Positions 23,321 to 23,809 of a stretch of DNA of 23,809 nt are shown here, in pieces; positions within the stretch are counted from its first letter, which is position 1, and every line of letters begins with the position of its first letter. The notes below the pieces were generated by a model, which saw only the letters and a program-made list of their open reading frames with translations, did not search any database and was not told where the DNA came from. The DNA lies in contig JAKAJJ010000003.1 in NCBI GenBank assembly GCA_021813835.1, positions 1 to 23,809 on the forward strand, written 5' to 3'. The position numbers and the translations under genes were made by a program. Source of the DNA: a bacterium. Its GTDB lineage: Bacteria > Patescibacteriota > Minisyncoccia > Phycocordibacterales > Phycocordibacteraceae.

Positions 23321-23506
23321 ACGGGGAAATGATAGCACGCGGGCGCCGCTGTGCGGCGCCCGCGTACCCCTGGGGCCGAAGGGGTGCAGATAATCGAACG
23401 CCAGAAACGATAGACTTTCTCGGCATCCTTTCAGACCCTGAGCATATGGCGGGAGTGAAAGAGAAAGTAATAATGATTATTTCATTGACAGAGGTATAAT
23501 TGTTAT

Positions 23507-23809
23507 ATGGTTGGTCACTACACAAAATTCACGACTCGGGCCGAGGATCGGACGCGGCTTGCTTCCCTACTTTCCCAAGCCGCAGCGGCAATGGGAAAAC
23601 TTGCCGGATGCAAACTTTATGAAATAGCACTCGATGCGACAGACTCCGCGGTTACCGTAGTAAACGAAGTGTGGACGGACGAATCGGCACACGATGAATC
23701 TCTTCAAACCGAAGCCGCGGAAACCCTCATCGCCCAAGCAATGCCGCTGATGGTAGCGCCGTCGAAGCAAATCAGATTCGGCTCGATTGTCGCGGACTGG
23801 TTAGATTAA
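23507..23809 (+). CDS. ABM-fold (antibiotic biosynthesis monooxygenase / YgiN-like) protein
   Basis: Length is 100 aa. The pattern ...LYEIALDATDSAVTVVNEVWTDESAHDESLQTE... is typical of the ABM ferredoxin-like fold. TATAAT lies 6 nt upstream of the ATG. G+C is lower than in the backbone. The stop codon is the last codon of the window. Confidence 0.65.
   Translation: MVGHYTKFTTRAEDRTRLASLLSQAAAAMGKLAGCKLYEIALDATDSAVTVVNEVWTDESAHDESLQTEAAETLIAQAMPLMVAPSKQIRFGSIVADWLD

Noticed and set aside
23341-23385. Two GC-rich hairpins (GGGCGCCGC-TGT-GCGGCGCCC at 23341-23361 and ACCCCT-8 nt-AGGGGT at 23366-23385) in the divergent intergenic region.
   Set aside because: No gene reads into them in either direction, so they are not terminators. 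There is no flanking U-tract and I recognise no riboswitch motif. The evidence is insufficient for any call.
23485-23500. TTGACA (23485-23490) and TATAAT (23495-23500) look like a perfect sigma-70 promoter.
   Set aside because: The hexamers are only 4 bp apart, so they cannot act as a -35/-10 pair. I keep only the TATAAT, as a -10 element 6 nt from the ATG.
1-23809. CRISPR arrays, rRNA genes, and recognised defence-system genes (cas, restriction-modification, retron or DGR reverse transcriptase).
   Set aside because: I saw no regularly spaced direct repeats, no rRNA-like segments, and no ORF with nuclease/helicase/RT/methyltransferase signatures on either strand.

Overview
This is a high-G+C bacterial chromosome fragment. 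Hand-counted 60-nt samples give 70-82% G+C in backbone genes. The gene content looks like a Candidate Phyla Radiation / Parcubacteria-type genome: a pilM/N/O-like cluster, a DUF5652-like protein, a TrpR-like protein, a short RecO, secE-nusG-rplK with no rplA, and almost no Shine-Dalgarno sites.

Order of features:
- A complete 922-bp IS5-family insertion sequence sits exactly at the window edge. It truncates a low-G+C Fic-domain pseudogene next to tRNA-Ser(TGA).
- Next come a small membrane protein, ruvX, a CsaA-like tRNA-binding protein, pilM/N/O-like genes, and tRNA-Arg/Leu/Val.
- uppS and an RluA-family pseudouridine synthase follow. A 176-bp hairpin element fills the gap to the next, convergent gene.
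- A minus-strand run then carries a TrpR-like regulator, argS, ileS, recO and a frameshifted multi-domain surface protein.
- A compact thymidylate-cycle cluster follows: dut-like, dcd, a divergent thyA paralogue and glyA, with divergent folA and a convergent canonical thyA.
- The window ends with rplK-nusG-secE (minus strand), a SIMPL protein, a Cys-knot membrane protein and an ABM-fold protein.

Most notable observations:
- An apparently intact histidine-phosphatase domain is nested inside the IleRS catalytic core.
- The second ThyA-fold enzyme lacks three of the four phosphate-binding arginines and the canonical C-terminus.
- Near-identical 20-bp palindromes flank the TrpR-like gene.
- A TANNNT hexamer lies 6-9 nt upstream of start codons at many genes, which suggests leaderless mRNAs.
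- Composition is sharply mosaic, including within ileS.

All family assignments are by eye from motifs. No searches were run.
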